64,000 nt of DNA from Candidatus Cloacimonadales bacterium. Lineage in GTDB: Bacteria > Cloacimonadota > Cloacimonadia > Cloacimonadales > JAFGVF01. The stretch lies in contig OY782781.1 in assembly GCA_963678315.1 (NCBI GenBank), positions 32,001-96,000 of the forward strand. Reading direction: 5' to 3'. Each line of letters opens with the position of its first letter. The first letter of the stretch is position 1. The position numbers and the translations under genes are program-made. The notes beneath the pieces are model-generated. The model saw nothing but the letters and a program-made list of their open reading frames with translations, did no database searches and was not told where the DNA came from. This document shows positions 40,830 to 50,839 of the stretch, one piece after another.

Positions 40830-42002
40830 ATGAAGCCGGTTAAGATTAAAGATAATGTTTATTGGGTTGGAGGAGTAGACTGGGATCTACGTAACTTCCA
40901 TGGATACCTTACTCAAAGAGGTTCTACATACAATTCATATTTAATTATTGATGAGAAAGTAACATTGATTGATGGAGTTAAAACTCATTTATTCCCAGAA
41001 TTGATTGAAAGAATTTCTCATGTAATTGACCCTTCAAAAATTGATTACATTGTTCATAATCATGTAGAGATGGACCACTCTGGCTCACTACCAAAAATGC
41101 TTGAAGTAGCAAAAAATGCTCAAATTGTTTCTTCTCCAAACGGAGAAAAAGGTTTAAAAGCACATTACGGTTCAGACCTTAATGTAAAAGTTGTAAAGAC
41201 TGGCGAATCATTGAATATTGGAAAAAGAAATTTATGCTTTGTCTTAACTCCAATGGTACACTGGCCAGATAATATGGTTACTTGGTGTCCAGAAGAAAAA
41301 ATATTATTCTCGAATGATTCATTTGGTCAACATATAGCATCTTCTGTTCATTTTGATTATGAGTACCCTGTGAACACATTATTCCATGAAGCTCAAAAAT
41401 ATTATGCTAATATAGTCTTACCTTATGGCATGCAAGTTCAAAAAGCTTTATGTACAGTAAAAGAACTTCAACCTGAAGTTATTGCTCCTAGTCATGGTCT
41501 AATTTGGAAAGAACATATTCCTGAACTATTAAAAAAATACGATGAATGGTCTTCTAATATAGTTGAAGATAAAGCTGTAATCATCTATGATACTATGTGG
41601 CATTCAACTGAGAAAATGGCATTTGCTATTGCTAATGCTTTTGAGAATTTGGATATTGCTTACCAACTATTTAACCTTCAACATAATCATATTTCAGATA
41701 TAATGACTGAAGTAGTTGAAGCAAAATATATATGCGTAGGTTCTCCAACATTAAACAACAATATCCTCCCAACTGTAGCAAGCTTCTTAACATATCTTAA
41801 AGGTCTTGCTCCTAAGAATAGGACAGCTGTTGCTTTCGGTTCTTATGGCTGGGGTGGACAAAGCATTGGCATAGTAAATGATGAATTAGCTTCATGCAAA
41901 TTTGATATGTGGGATATGATTAGGGTTAACTATATCCCTTCTGAAGACCTTTTAAATGATATTACAGAGCAAATAACTAACAATCTAAAAAAGGAAGATT
42001 AA
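40830..42002 (+). CDS. fprA: Flavodiiron protein (A-type flavoprotein)
   Basis: GSTYNSY, HVEMDHSG, VHWPD, SNDSFGQH, PSHG, FGSYGWGG. Confidence 0.95.
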   Translation: MKPVKIKDNVYWVGGVDWDLRNFHGYLTQRGSTYNSYLIIDEKVTLIDGVKTHLFPELIERISHVIDPSKIDYIVHNHVEMDHSGSLPKMLEVAKNAQIVSSPNGEKGLKAHYGSDLNVKVVKTGESLNIGKRNLCFVLTPMVHWPDNMVTWCPEEKILFSNDSFGQHIASSVHFDYEYPVNTLFHEAQKYYANIVLPYGMQVQKALCTVKELQPEVIAPSHGLIWKEHIPELLKKYDEWSSNIVEDKAVIIYDTMWHSTEKMAFAIANAFENLDIAYQLFNLQHNHISDIMTEVVEAKYICVGSPTLNNNILPTVASFLTYLKGLAPKNRTAVAFGSYGWGGQSIGIVNDELASCKFDMWDMIRVNYIPSEDLLNDITEQITNNLKKED

Positions 42003-42012
42003 AGGAATTATC

Positions 42013-42519
42013 ATGATTAAAGAAACAATAAGTAAAGCAATAAATCAGCAAATTAACAGAGAGATGTTTTCTGAATATTTCTATCTAGCAATGGCATCAT
42101 TCTTTGAAAATAAGGGACTTTCAGGATTTGCTAACTTCTTTAAAGTTCAAGTAGAAGAAGAAAGATTCCATGCTATGAAATTCTACAATTACCTCAATGA
42201 AAGAGGTGGTAGAGTTAGACTTTCTAATATTGAAGCACCACAAGATGACTTCAATTCTCCATTAGAAGTCTTTGAAATGGCTCTTAAACATGAAGAGTTC
42301 ATTACTAAATCTATCAATGATTTAATGGAACTAGCTATGAATGAAAAAGATTTTGCAACGATGAGCTTACTAAATTGGTTTATTGATGAACAAGTTGAGG
42401 AAGAAGCATCAATGAATACTATTGTAGATCAATTGAGAATGATTAATAACGAAGGTCATGGATTGATGATGCTAGATAAAGAATTAGCAACTAGGACCTT
42501 TACACCTCCAACAAACTAA
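42013..42519 (+). CDS. ftnA: Non-heme ferritin
   Basis: QINREMFS, EERFHA, HEEFIT, WFIDEQVEEE. Confidence 0.93.
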   Translation: MIKETISKAINQQINREMFSEYFYLAMASFFENKGLSGFANFFKVQVEEERFHAMKFYNYLNERGGRVRLSNIEAPQDDFNSPLEVFEMALKHEEFITKSINDLMELAMNEKDFATMSLLNWFIDEQVEEEASMNTIVDQLRMINNEGHGLMMLDKELATRTFTPPTN

Positions 42520-42578
42520 ATTTTAATTAAAATAAAGCTGAAGAGCTATATACTTTAAAATAAATAAGGAGTTAGATT

Positions 42579-42719
42579 ATGGAAAAATACGAATGCTTAG
42601 CATGTGGATACATTTATGATCCAGCAGAAAATAACAATGTTGCATTTGAAGACCTACCAGAAGATTGGACTTGTCCTCTTTGCGGTGTTGGTAAAGACAT
42701 GTTTCAAGTAGTTGAATAA
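42579..42719 (+). CDS. Rubredoxin (46 aa, below ORF-track cutoff)
   Basis: [46 protein letters not shown]; two CxxCG motifs; RBS AAGGAG. Confidence 0.95.
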   Translation: MEKYECLACGYIYDPAENNNVAFEDLPEDWTCPLCGVGKDMFQVVE

Positions 42720-42742
42720 TATACGTTCTTAGTAATAACTAG

Positions 42743-42774
42743 AGAGTCTCGGCTAAGGTCGAGACTCTTTTTTT
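42743..42774 (+). terminator. Intrinsic terminator
   Basis: AGAGTCTCGGC/GTCGAGACTCT stem plus T-run. Confidence 0.85.
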
Positions 42775-42869
42775 ATGCTTAAACAATATAAAAGCTTTTT
42801 TTTATTGACAATGTATAAAAATCAACCTAATATGTATATAATGATAATATATGTAATAAGGAGATAAAT

Positions 42870-43355
42870 ATGCAAAATTTATCAGTTAATGAAGTTATTG
42901 AATTTGCCCTCAATATAGAAAGAAATGGCAAAGCATTCTATGAATCAGCACTAGAAAGAAAAGACCTCCAAGAAACAGCTAGAGAAATTATCACTGACCT
43001 CCGTAATGAAGAGATTAATCACGAAAACTACTTCAAGACTCTTCGTGACCAAGATGATTTAGCAGAGTTAATTGATCCTGATGGTTGGGATATGACCTCA
43101 TCTTACCTTGATTCAATAATCAAAGCTCATATCTTCACAAAAGAAGGTGCTGCAATTAAATTAGCTACTGAAGCAAGAGATACTATGGAGATTCTTGAAT
43201 TTGCAATGCAATTTGAAAAAGATACTCTTCTATACTTCCACTCTCTTTATAATGAAACAAAAGATGAAAAAGCTTCTAAAGCAATCGGAGCTATTATCAA
43301 AGAAGAAATGAAACATTTACAAAGATTACAAAATATAGTTAAAGAGTTGAGTTAG
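42870..43355 (+). CDS. Rubrerythrin-like ferritin-superfamily protein
   Basis: E..G..FY, EEINH, EKDT, EEMKH di-iron motifs. Confidence 0.85.
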   Translation: MQNLSVNEVIEFALNIERNGKAFYESALERKDLQETAREIITDLRNEEINHENYFKTLRDQDDLAELIDPDGWDMTSSYLDSIIKAHIFTKEGAAIKLATEARDTMEILEFAMQFEKDTLLYFHSLYNETKDEKASKAIGAIIKEEMKHLQRLQNIVKELS

Positions 43356-43361
43356 TTAATT

Positions 43362-43847
43362 ATGGCTAAAGACATTTTCCAAGAAAATACACTTGCTCCT
43401 GACTTCTCTTTAGAAAACAAAGATGGAAGAATTATCTCAAAGAATGATTTCAAAGGGAAATGGATTGTTCTTTATTTCTATCCAAAGGATAATACTCCTG
43501 GATGCAGTGTTGAAGCTATGGATTTTACCAGACTTAAAGATGACTTCAACAAGCTCAATGCCGAGATAGTAGGAATCAGCATGGATTCAAAGGAAAGTCA
43601 TGCAAAATTCATTAATGATAAAGAACTTTCAATTGAACTATTGAGTGATACTGAACTTGAGACAATCAAAGTATACAAAGCTTGGGGTATCAAGAAGAAT
43701 TACGGAAAAGAATATGAAGGACTTATTCGTTCTACTGTTCTTATCAACCCTCAAGGGGAAATAGCTAAACATTGGAAAAATGTCCGAGCAAAAGGACATG
43801 CTGAAAGAGTGTTAAAAGAATTTAAAAAGTTGCTAGATAACCAATAA
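43362..43847 (+). CDS. bcp: Peroxiredoxin Bcp/PrxQ
   Basis: LYFYPKDNTPGCSVEA, IRSTVLI. Confidence 0.92.
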   Translation: MAKDIFQENTLAPDFSLENKDGRIISKNDFKGKWIVLYFYPKDNTPGCSVEAMDFTRLKDDFNKLNAEIVGISMDSKESHAKFINDKELSIELLSDTELETIKVYKAWGIKKNYGKEYEGLIRSTVLINPQGEIAKHWKNVRAKGHAERVLKEFKKLLDNQ

Positions 43848-43861
43848 AAAAGGAGTATTTC

Positions 43862-44116
43862 ATGCAAAAAGACTACATGATTATATTAATCAATGCCCGT
43901 AAAGACGAAGCTGTGACAGTTCAAAAGATTTTAACAGAATGGGGATGTTTTATTAAAACCAGATTAGGACTTCATGGTGGAGTTCTTACTGATTGTACTG
44001 AAAATGGAACTGTTTTCTTAGAATTAGCTGGAGATAAAGCAAAACATGAAGAGTTAAATAGAAAACTAAATCTTCTTAAAGGTGTATCAGCTAAAATTAT
44101 TGCTATGGAAGTATAA
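43862..44116 (+). CDS. Small ACT-like protein (TM1266-like)
   Basis: VQKILTEWGCFIKTRLGLH pattern. Confidence 0.65.
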   Translation: MQKDYMIILINARKDEAVTVQKILTEWGCFIKTRLGLHGGVLTDCTENGTVFLELAGDKAKHEELNRKLNLLKGVSAKIIAMEV

Positions 44117-44152
44117 GTTTCCTAGAGAATTTCAATAATTATAACTTAATAT

Positions 44153-44182
44153 GAGAGTTCTACTGCAATAGGACTCTCTTTT
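44153..44182 (+). terminator. Intrinsic terminator
   Basis: GAGAGTTCTA/TAGGACTCTC stem plus T-run. Confidence 0.7.
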
Positions 44183-44376
44183 CTTAACCAATAAATGATA
44201 AATAAAGTAGAATAATTAGCATACAAGAAAGCACCATATATTACTATTCTGCAAATAATTATACTTCCAAACTAACAATTAGACCTTAGAATTTTTGTAT
44301 TTTTATTAAAAAAGTTATTGACAAGAAATCAAGCAAAAACTAATTTGATTAAACATTGCTTAACAGCAGTGATTTT

Positions 44377-44451
44377 GGTCCAGTAACTCAGTGGTAGAGT
44401 ATCTGCCTTTTAAGTAGAGAGTCGATGGTTCGAGCCCATCCTGGATCACCA
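44377..44451 (+). tRNA. tRNA-Lys(UUU)
   Basis: GGTCCAG/CTGGATC acceptor stem, TCTGC-CTTTTAA-GTAGA anticodon arm, GGTTCGAG, CCA. Confidence 0.95.
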
Positions 44452-44455
44452 TTTT

Positions 44456-44530
44456 GACCCCTTCGTCTAGTGGTTAGGACTCAAGATTTTCATTCTTGCA
44501 ACAGGAGTTCGATTCTCCTAGGGGTCGCCA
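44456..44530 (+). tRNA. tRNA-Glu(UUC)
   Basis: GACCCCT/AGGGGTC acceptor stem, CAAGA-TTTTCAT-TCTTG anticodon arm, GTTCGA, CCA. Confidence 0.95.
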
Positions 44531-44561
44531 AAAAGCCTATCAGCGTGATGGGCTTTTTTTT
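44531..44561 (+). terminator. Intrinsic terminator after tRNA pair
   Basis: AAAAGCCTATCA/TGATGGGCTTTT stem plus T-run. Confidence 0.85.
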
Positions 44562-44647
44562 ATTTATCCAAACAATTATTCCTCATCCTCAAAAAATATA
44601 TTGCACAAATATTCCCGAATACAATTATTGAATTATGAGAGGTCTAT

Positions 44648-45271
44648 ATGAAAAAAATAATTAAACTCCTTATGCTGATTGCATTATTAATTGTTGTAGG
44701 ATGTGAAGATGGTGGTAAGATTAAAGTAGTAAATAACACGTCATATAATTTATATACAAGCATAGAAAATAAAGATTATACTATTGCGGGAAATTCTGAA
44801 ATATCAGTAGAAGTATCAACCGATGATAAAGTATTCTTACTAGATGATGGTGAAACAAAGAAGAACATTACCATAGTTGGAGAAACATATAGCATGTATG
44901 ACTCTTACCAACAAGAATTCCCAACTACAACCTCAGTGAAGGTAAACCCTGGGGAAACTACTAAGATTTATTGTTCTCCAAACTACGCTTCCTTAAAAGT
45001 AATAAACAACTATGAACTTGGTATATCTAAAATTAGGTTCAGGCAAGTTAACCAGTTTGTTACCCAAGAGTGGAACGAGAAAAGTTATGCTGTCCCATTT
45101 AATAATGGTGATTTCAGGTACATACATTTAGTTCCACAAACTGAAGAAAACAGATTCTGGTACAACTTTGAAGTTCAATTCGAAGATGGAACTGTAATTC
45201 CTTATGGAACTGAATATGAAGGACATTTCTTAAATCTAGATGAGCAATATCTAATAGAATATAACAACTAA
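44648..45271 (+). CDS. Hypothetical lipoprotein
   Basis: Lipobox VVGC after a hydrophobic stretch; RBS GAGG. Confidence 0.75.
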   Translation: MKKIIKLLMLIALLIVVGCEDGGKIKVVNNTSYNLYTSIENKDYTIAGNSEISVEVSTDDKVFLLDDGETKKNITIVGETYSMYDSYQQEFPTTTSVKVNPGETTKIYCSPNYASLKVINNYELGISKIRFRQVNQFVTQEWNEKSYAVPFNNGDFRYIHLVPQTEENRFWYNFEVQFEDGTVIPYGTEYEGHFLNLDEQYLIEYNN

Positions 45272-45305
45272 TTTTTTCCTTTACTTGATTATTTATGTAA
45301 TAATT

Positions 45306-45336
45306 AAAGAGAGTGAACATCTATTCACTCTCTTTT
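45306..45336. terminator. Bidirectional intrinsic terminator
   Basis: AAAGAGAGTGAA...TTCACTCTCTTT between convergent genes. Confidence 0.82.
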
Positions 45337-45379
45337 AGTTTTATATCATTATATAGTAGCTTACAGTATCATGTTCAAA

Positions 45380-46744
45380 TTAATCAATTACCTTCATACT
45401 CTTCCACTTACCCTGTCTGAATCTAATAATAAAGATTATACAGAACAACAAGAAGCAAGAAACAACAGCAGCCCAACCCATTACTGCATTGAGTTTTAAG
45501 ACTTTTATAGCTATGTATAGTAAAGCAACTGCCAACCAATGCACAAATACAGCTGCCATCATAGTCCAATGAGTATCACCAGCTCCTCTTAATGCCCCAA
45601 CCATAGCCACAAGGATTGCATCAGCAAGCACATAAATAGTTGCCACCCTTAGCATATTTACAGCAATTGGAAAGGCCTTATTAAAGACAGTTAAATCTCC
45701 ATCTGGCTTAAACATGTTTACTAGAATGCCAGGAACAAAGACGTATAGAACAAAGATTAATGCAGAGTAGATTAAACCTGTTTTTACACCTGACATTGCT
45801 GATTTCGTAGCACTCTTTATATCCCCTGCTCCAATATATTTACCCACTAAGCTTGTTACACCAATTTCAACACCTATCAATGGCATGAAGGAAACATAAT
45901 CCCAGTTGAACATTATTGTAGAAGCAGTAGCAACAACTTCCCCTTCTGAATGGAAGATAAAAGTTAATGTTGTAAAAGCAGCTAAACATAAGAAATGTTC
46001 AATTCCTTGTGGGAAACCGAACCACAGCAATTTCTTCAATATATCCCAATTGAAAGATAACTTTCTATGAGTCTCAAAGCTTTCTCTCACTCTTTTTCCG
46101 AAATATACAGATATCAAGATTAAAACACCTATAGCAGAACCAATTATAGTTCCTATTGCAGCACCCTTAATCCCTAATTTAGGCATACCAAATTTACCAA
46201 AAATTAAGACATAGTTCAATCCAACATTTGCTATCATTGATGAGACAGCTGCAATCATGACGTATTTTGTCTTTCCTATACCAGAAAAGAAAGAGCTAAA
46301 AGCGGTTCTAAGAAGCATGAAGATAGAGCCCCAGAGAAGAATCGATAGATAATCCATTTGCAGATATAATTGTTTCTCAGGTAATCCCATGTTTGCGAAA
46401 ATCACTTCCGCAATTGGCACCATAATTAATAGAATTGGGTAAGAAGCTAAAGCCATTAATATTGCATGAAAGGTTGTGTTGGCTGACTTGTGTTTTTGCC
46501 CAGACCCTAAATATTGAGCAACCAATGCTGTTGAATATCCTATAAGACCTGTGAAGAATATTGCTAAAGTAGTTAAGAATAGTCCTCCTCCAAGAGAAGC
46601 ATTCATATGATCTGTGCTTAATCTAGATAAGAATATTCTATCTGTGAATGTCATGACTGCATCGCATCCCATAGACACTAACATAGGGAATGCTATTGCT
46701 AACATCTCGTAAATACCACCCTTAGGGTGTTTTGAATTATACAT
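45380..46744 (-). CDS. MATE family efflux transporter
   Basis: About 12 TM helices, D in TM1, LGIKGAAIGT, GALRGAGDT. Confidence 0.92.
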   Translation of the reverse strand: MYNSKHPKGGIYEMLAIAFPMLVSMGCDAVMTFTDRIFLSRLSTDHMNASLGGGLFLTTLAIFFTGLIGYSTALVAQYLGSGQKHKSANTTFHAILMALASYPILLIMVPIAEVIFANMGLPEKQLYLQMDYLSILLWGSIFMLLRTAFSSFFSGIGKTKYVMIAAVSSMIANVGLNYVLIFGKFGMPKLGIKGAAIGTIIGSAIGVLILISVYFGKRVRESFETHRKLSFNWDILKKLLWFGFPQGIEHFLCLAAFTTLTFIFHSEGEVVATASTIMFNWDYVSFMPLIGVEIGVTSLVGKYIGAGDIKSATKSAMSGVKTGLIYSALIFVLYVFVPGILVNMFKPDGDLTVFNKAFPIAVNMLRVATIYVLADAILVAMVGALRGAGDTHWTMMAAVFVHWLAVALLYIAIKVLKLNAVMGWAAVVSCFLLFCIIFIIRFRQGKWKSMKVID

Positions 46745-46872
46745 TGTTTCCTCTAACATAAAATAATTACTGCCAAACATAAACTTCTAACTATTTCTGC
46801 AAGGAATAATTAAATAATTCTTGACTATAAAATCTATTGATACACTTTTATAAAAAACTTTTAGGAGCAGAA

Positions 46873-47478
46873 ATGAAAAAATTAATAATAGTATTAGCAA
46901 TCATAGCAGTATTGATACTGTTAAGTTACACTTATGTAAAAGGTATCTACAATAACATCGTTGAAAAGGACCAAGGCATCAAATCAGCATGGGGTCAAGT
47001 AGAAAACGTTTATCAAAGTAGATTTGATAAGATTCCACAACTAGTTAATGTTGTAAAAGGTTATAAAAACCATGAACAATCTACTTTAATTGCAGTTACT
47101 GAAGCTAGAGCTAAAGTTGGTGGAGTAATGAAGATAGACCCTAAAGATATTGGAGATCCTGAAAAACTGAAAGCTTTCCAACAAGCACAAAATTCTTTAG
47201 GTGGTGCTTTACAAAGATTAATGGTTGTTCAAGAAAGATATCCTGAATTAAAAGCAAATGAAAACTTCTTAAGACTACAAGATGAGATTTCAGCTACTGA
47301 GAATAGCATCAAAATTGAAAGAAGAAGATTCAATGAAGAAGTTAAAAGCTACAATGTGTATATCAAGAAATTCCCTCAAGTTATTTTAGCTAATAGCATG
47401 GGTTATACAGAAAAAGCTTACTTCTCAGCTGCTGAAGGGTCTGACAAAGCTCCAGATACAAGTTTTGAGGATAAATAA
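46873..47478 (+). CDS. lemA: LemA family protein
   Basis: N-terminal TM, AWGQVENVYQ, YPELKANENF; ATG 46873 follows AGGAG. Confidence 0.93.
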   Translation: MKKLIIVLAIIAVLILLSYTYVKGIYNNIVEKDQGIKSAWGQVENVYQSRFDKIPQLVNVVKGYKNHEQSTLIAVTEARAKVGGVMKIDPKDIGDPEKLKAFQQAQNSLGGALQRLMVVQERYPELKANENFLRLQDEISATENSIKIERRRFNEEVKSYNVYIKKFPQVILANSMGYTEKAYFSAAEGSDKAPDTSFEDK

Positions 47479-48140
47479 TGGCATTCTTAACTAAAGAAGA
47501 ATCTAGCAAAGTTTCTGAAGCTATCAAAAAAGCTGAAAGTAAAACTTCAGGGGAAATAGCTGTTGTAATAGCTAAACAAAGCTCAGATTATGCTGTCTAT
47601 GAATTAACTATTGCTCTCGTTATTGGTGTAGTTTCATTAGTTGCTGGATTAGTTTATTATAATGAAATAGAATCATGTTTAAGTAACATGTTTTGGGAAA
47701 GTTCAGCTAGATTAACAGCAAGTGTGATTGGATTAGGTGCTTTTGTGTTAATTACCATATTATATTTCCTATTCAATATACCATTTCTTGATAGACTCAT
47801 TGTACCTAAGAAAGTTATGACTGAAAAAGTTAAACAACACTCAGAATACAACTTCTTAATCAACGGTGTACACAAAACAAGAGATAGAACAGGTGTTCTT
47901 ATTTACATCTCTAGACTTGAAAAGCAAGTAAGAATCTTGGCTGATACTGGTATCGCTGAAATATATCCAAATTCATCTTGGCAAAAACAAGTTGATAGAA
48001 TTGTTCAAGGTATTAAAAGTGATAAGCTTGGAGAAGACTTATCACAAGTGATATTAACTATAGGGGAAGTCCTAACTACAAACTTCCCAATCAAAGATGA
48101 TGACACTAATGAACTATCTGACAGGGTAAAGGAGATCTAA
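47478..48140 (+). CDS. TPM domain membrane protein
   Basis: AESKTSGEI, TRDRTGVLIY, ILADTGI, NELSD; lemA context. Confidence 0.87.
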   Translation: MAFLTKEESSKVSEAIKKAESKTSGEIAVVIAKQSSDYAVYELTIALVIGVVSLVAGLVYYNEIESCLSNMFWESSARLTASVIGLGAFVLITILYFLFNIPFLDRLIVPKKVMTEKVKQHSEYNFLINGVHKTRDRTGVLIYISRLEKQVRILADTGIAEIYPNSSWQKQVDRIVQGIKSDKLGEDLSQVILTIGEVLTTNFPIKDDDTNELSDRVKEI

Positions 48141-48141
48141 T

Positions 48142-48858
48142 ATGAAAAAACTTATATCAATAATAGCTATTCTCCTTGCGTTTGTTGCTTTATCGGCTAT
48201 CAATTTTCCTAAATTAAATAGTCAGGTAGTGGATGATGCTAATATCTTTTCTAGTAACCAAGAAAGAGAGCTAGAATCTAAACTTCGTGGCATGTTGAGA
48301 TCCTCAGATATTGAAGCTGTGGTAGTTTCGGTTAAATCTTTGGAAGGCTATTCTGTAGAAGACTATACTATTCGTTTAGCTGAAGAATGGAAAGTTGGTA
48401 GAAAGGATAAAGACAACGGACTTATCTTGCTTATTGCTCCTAATGAGCGTAAAGTTAGAATTGAGGTCGGTTATGGCTTAGAAGCTAATCTTACAGCTGG
48501 GCAAGCAGGATATGTTATCAGGTCAAGTATTTTACCTGAACTTAGAAAAGGTGATTATTATCAAGGAACAGTTGCTGGTTTAACTCAGATAAATAATGTC
48601 ATTACAGGTGAAGAAACTATTACTAAAGCCGACATTAAAAATTCTAGAAAAAAGAAATCACGTGGTTCAGTTATTGGTTACTTAATCTTTTTAATCATAA
48701 TATCATCATTATTTAGAGGAAGATTATTCCCTCTACTTTTCCTTGGAAGCTTCATGGGCGGAAACCATCGTGGAGGTGGTGGAGGCTTCGGTGGAGGCGG
48801 AGGATTCTCTGGTGGAGGTGGTGGCTTCGGAGGCGGTGGAGCTTCAGGAAGCTGGTAA
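48142..48858 (+). CDS. TPM domain protein (YgcG-like) with Gly-rich tail
   Basis: VVDDANI, DNGLILLIA, RIEVGYGLE, GGGGFGGGGASGSW. Confidence 0.9.
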   Translation: MKKLISIIAILLAFVALSAINFPKLNSQVVDDANIFSSNQERELESKLRGMLRSSDIEAVVVSVKSLEGYSVEDYTIRLAEEWKVGRKDKDNGLILLIAPNERKVRIEVGYGLEANLTAGQAGYVIRSSILPELRKGDYYQGTVAGLTQINNVITGEETITKADIKNSRKKKSRGSVIGYLIFLIIISSLFRGRLFPLLFLGSFMGGNHRGGGGGFGGGGGFSGGGGGFGGGGASGSW

Positions 48859-48875
48859 AACCAGTAAGGGTTTCT

Positions 48876-49580
48876 ATGTCATGTAGTGTTGATTTATATC
48901 TTATTAAATTATCAGATTATTTGCATTTAGCAGACTCTTTAGCTGAATATCTTTCAGTTAAAGAGCTCTCTATTTGCCAAAATTATAGAGATGAGCAAAC
49001 TATGCTAAAAAAGAAGATAGCTTATAGCCTTCGAAAAATCATTTTAGCGTCTTTCCTTCATGTTACACCTGATTCGATTAAAAGGCTTGATATTGATAAT
49101 ATAAGTAATGATATGAATCCCATTTTCTATTATAGTACTTCTTACACACAAGACGTGATGGCTTTTGCTCTTTCTCAACAAGAGAATCTTGGACTTGATA
49201 TAGAAGCAATTGAAGATCTAGATGACTTAGAAGCTATGATGGATCAATATTGTTCAATCTATGAATTAGACTTTCTTGCAAAAGAAGCAGAAGAATTAAA
49301 ACTTCAATACTTTTATAATATATGGACTGCTAAGGAAGCATTTCTTAAAATGTTAAGAGTTGGTTTAGCTAGAGATTTATCAACTTTAACAGTTAATCAG
49401 ACTAATTATTCTTTTAATTATCCTGTTTATAAAGTGTTTTATAAAAAAAACCTTGTCAAAAATATTAAAATTGTCAATTTATATATAAGAAAGACAAATT
49501 GTATAATTTCTATTTGTAAAGACAGTAATTTTAAGTTGAACTTTAGAACTTTTAATCCTACAAGTTATTTATTGAGGTAA
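48876..49580 (+). CDS. Sfp-type 4'-phosphopantetheinyl transferase
   Basis: LGLDIE and WTAKEAFLK motifs; 234 aa. Confidence 0.85.
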   Translation: MSCSVDLYLIKLSDYLHLADSLAEYLSVKELSICQNYRDEQTMLKKKIAYSLRKIILASFLHVTPDSIKRLDIDNISNDMNPIFYYSTSYTQDVMAFALSQQENLGLDIEAIEDLDDLEAMMDQYCSIYELDFLAKEAEELKLQYFYNIWTAKEAFLKMLRVGLARDLSTLTVNQTNYSFNYPVYKVFYKKNLVKNIKIVNLYIRKTNCIISICKDSNFKLNFRTFNPTSYLLR

Positions 49581-49583
49581 GTT

Positions 49584-50726
49584 ATGGAAAAATATGATTT
49601 AAAAGCACGAGTTGATAATGAAGAGTTAGAACTCTACCATACAATTATATCTAATCATACAGACATAGTAAAGATTATTGATAAGCTACCTGTGTGGGTT
49701 CTAATATTAAATAACACACGTCAAACAGTATATTATAATGATAAAGTGTTTAGTGATTTAAATCTTTCTTCTCCAAAACAAATCATTGGATTAAGACCTG
49801 GTGAATTATTTAAATGCATTTATAGCGACTTAGATGTAAACGGTTGCGGAAACTCTGAATTCTGCAAATACTGTGGAGCACTCAACGCTATTTTAAAGTC
49901 TTTTGATGGTGATAAACAAAAAGAGGAATGCCATTTACTTATCGAAAGTAATGGAATAAAAGAAGCTCTTGACTTAGAGGTAACAGCTACTCCAATAAAT
50001 ATTGAAAACAAACCTCTAACCTTGTTTGTAATACAAGATATCAGTGCAGCAAATCGTAAGACTTACCTTGAACGTACTTTCTTACATGATATTGGAAACA
50101 CCGTTAGTGCTATTATTACAAGTACTGAGCTTATAAAAGAAGAAACTGATATGGAAGAAAAGGAAGAGCTTATCAACATGCTAATTCCTTCAGCTTATCA
50201 GCTTCTTGATGAAATCCAAGCACAATCTGAAATTAGAAAAGCAGAGAATCATGATTGGGATCCAAATATTTCTACCAAGTCTTCATATCAACTAATTCAA
50301 GAATGCATCAATATTGCTAAGAATTATATTATTGATGAAGATATTGCTTTATCATTTGCTGATAAATGCAAGAATTTTGAAGTAACCACTGAAGTTACTC
50401 TCCTCAAAAGAGTAATAATAAATATGCTAAAAAATGCTATCGAAGCATCCGATGGTAATGAAGTTATTCAAGTTTGTTGCCAACAAATAGATGAACTATC
50501 TTCAATCTTCTCAGTAAAGAATAATAAGTTCATTCCAGAACATGTAATGAAACAACTCTTCCAAAGATCTTTCTCAACTAAAGGTAAAGGTCGTGGTATC
50601 GGAACTTATAGCATGAAGATTCTTGCAGAGAACTACTTAAAAGGTCAAATAAACGTTCAATCAGATGAAGAAAAAGGAACTATATTCTCTGTAATAATTC
50701 CTACTGTATTAAAGAAGAAAGCATAA
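49584..50726 (+). CDS. Cytoplasmic sensor histidine kinase with Cys-rich PAS-like domain
   Basis: FLHDIGN H-box, NMLKNAIEA, FSTKGKGRGIG; no TM segment. Confidence 0.88.
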   Translation: MEKYDLKARVDNEELELYHTIISNHTDIVKIIDKLPVWVLILNNTRQTVYYNDKVFSDLNLSSPKQIIGLRPGELFKCIYSDLDVNGCGNSEFCKYCGALNAILKSFDGDKQKEECHLLIESNGIKEALDLEVTATPINIENKPLTLFVIQDISAANRKTYLERTFLHDIGNTVSAIITSTELIKEETDMEEKEELINMLIPSAYQLLDEIQAQSEIRKAENHDWDPNISTKSSYQLIQECINIAKNYIIDEDIALSFADKCKNFEVTTEVTLLKRVIINMLKNAIEASDGNEVIQVCCQQIDELSSIFSVKNNKFIPEHVMKQLFQRSFSTKGKGRGIGTYSMKILAENYLKGQINVQSDEEKGTIFSVIIPTVLKKKA

Positions 50727-50839
50727 ATATTATAAATCAAGTTAAAGATTGATTTAACCTACTTTGGTCCAATAGCATAGAAAAACTACATAGTTGATCT
50801 AATCTACTTAAAGAGTTTTCTTATGCTTTTGCTCCTCTT

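Noticed and set aside
44377..44530. tRNAs as integration sites for the R-M locus
   Set aside because: No integrase and no duplicated tRNA 3' end seen downstream in the window.
48770..48855. GC-rich GGN repeat as a foreign element
   Set aside because: Encodes the Gly-rich tail typical of TPM/YgcG proteins.
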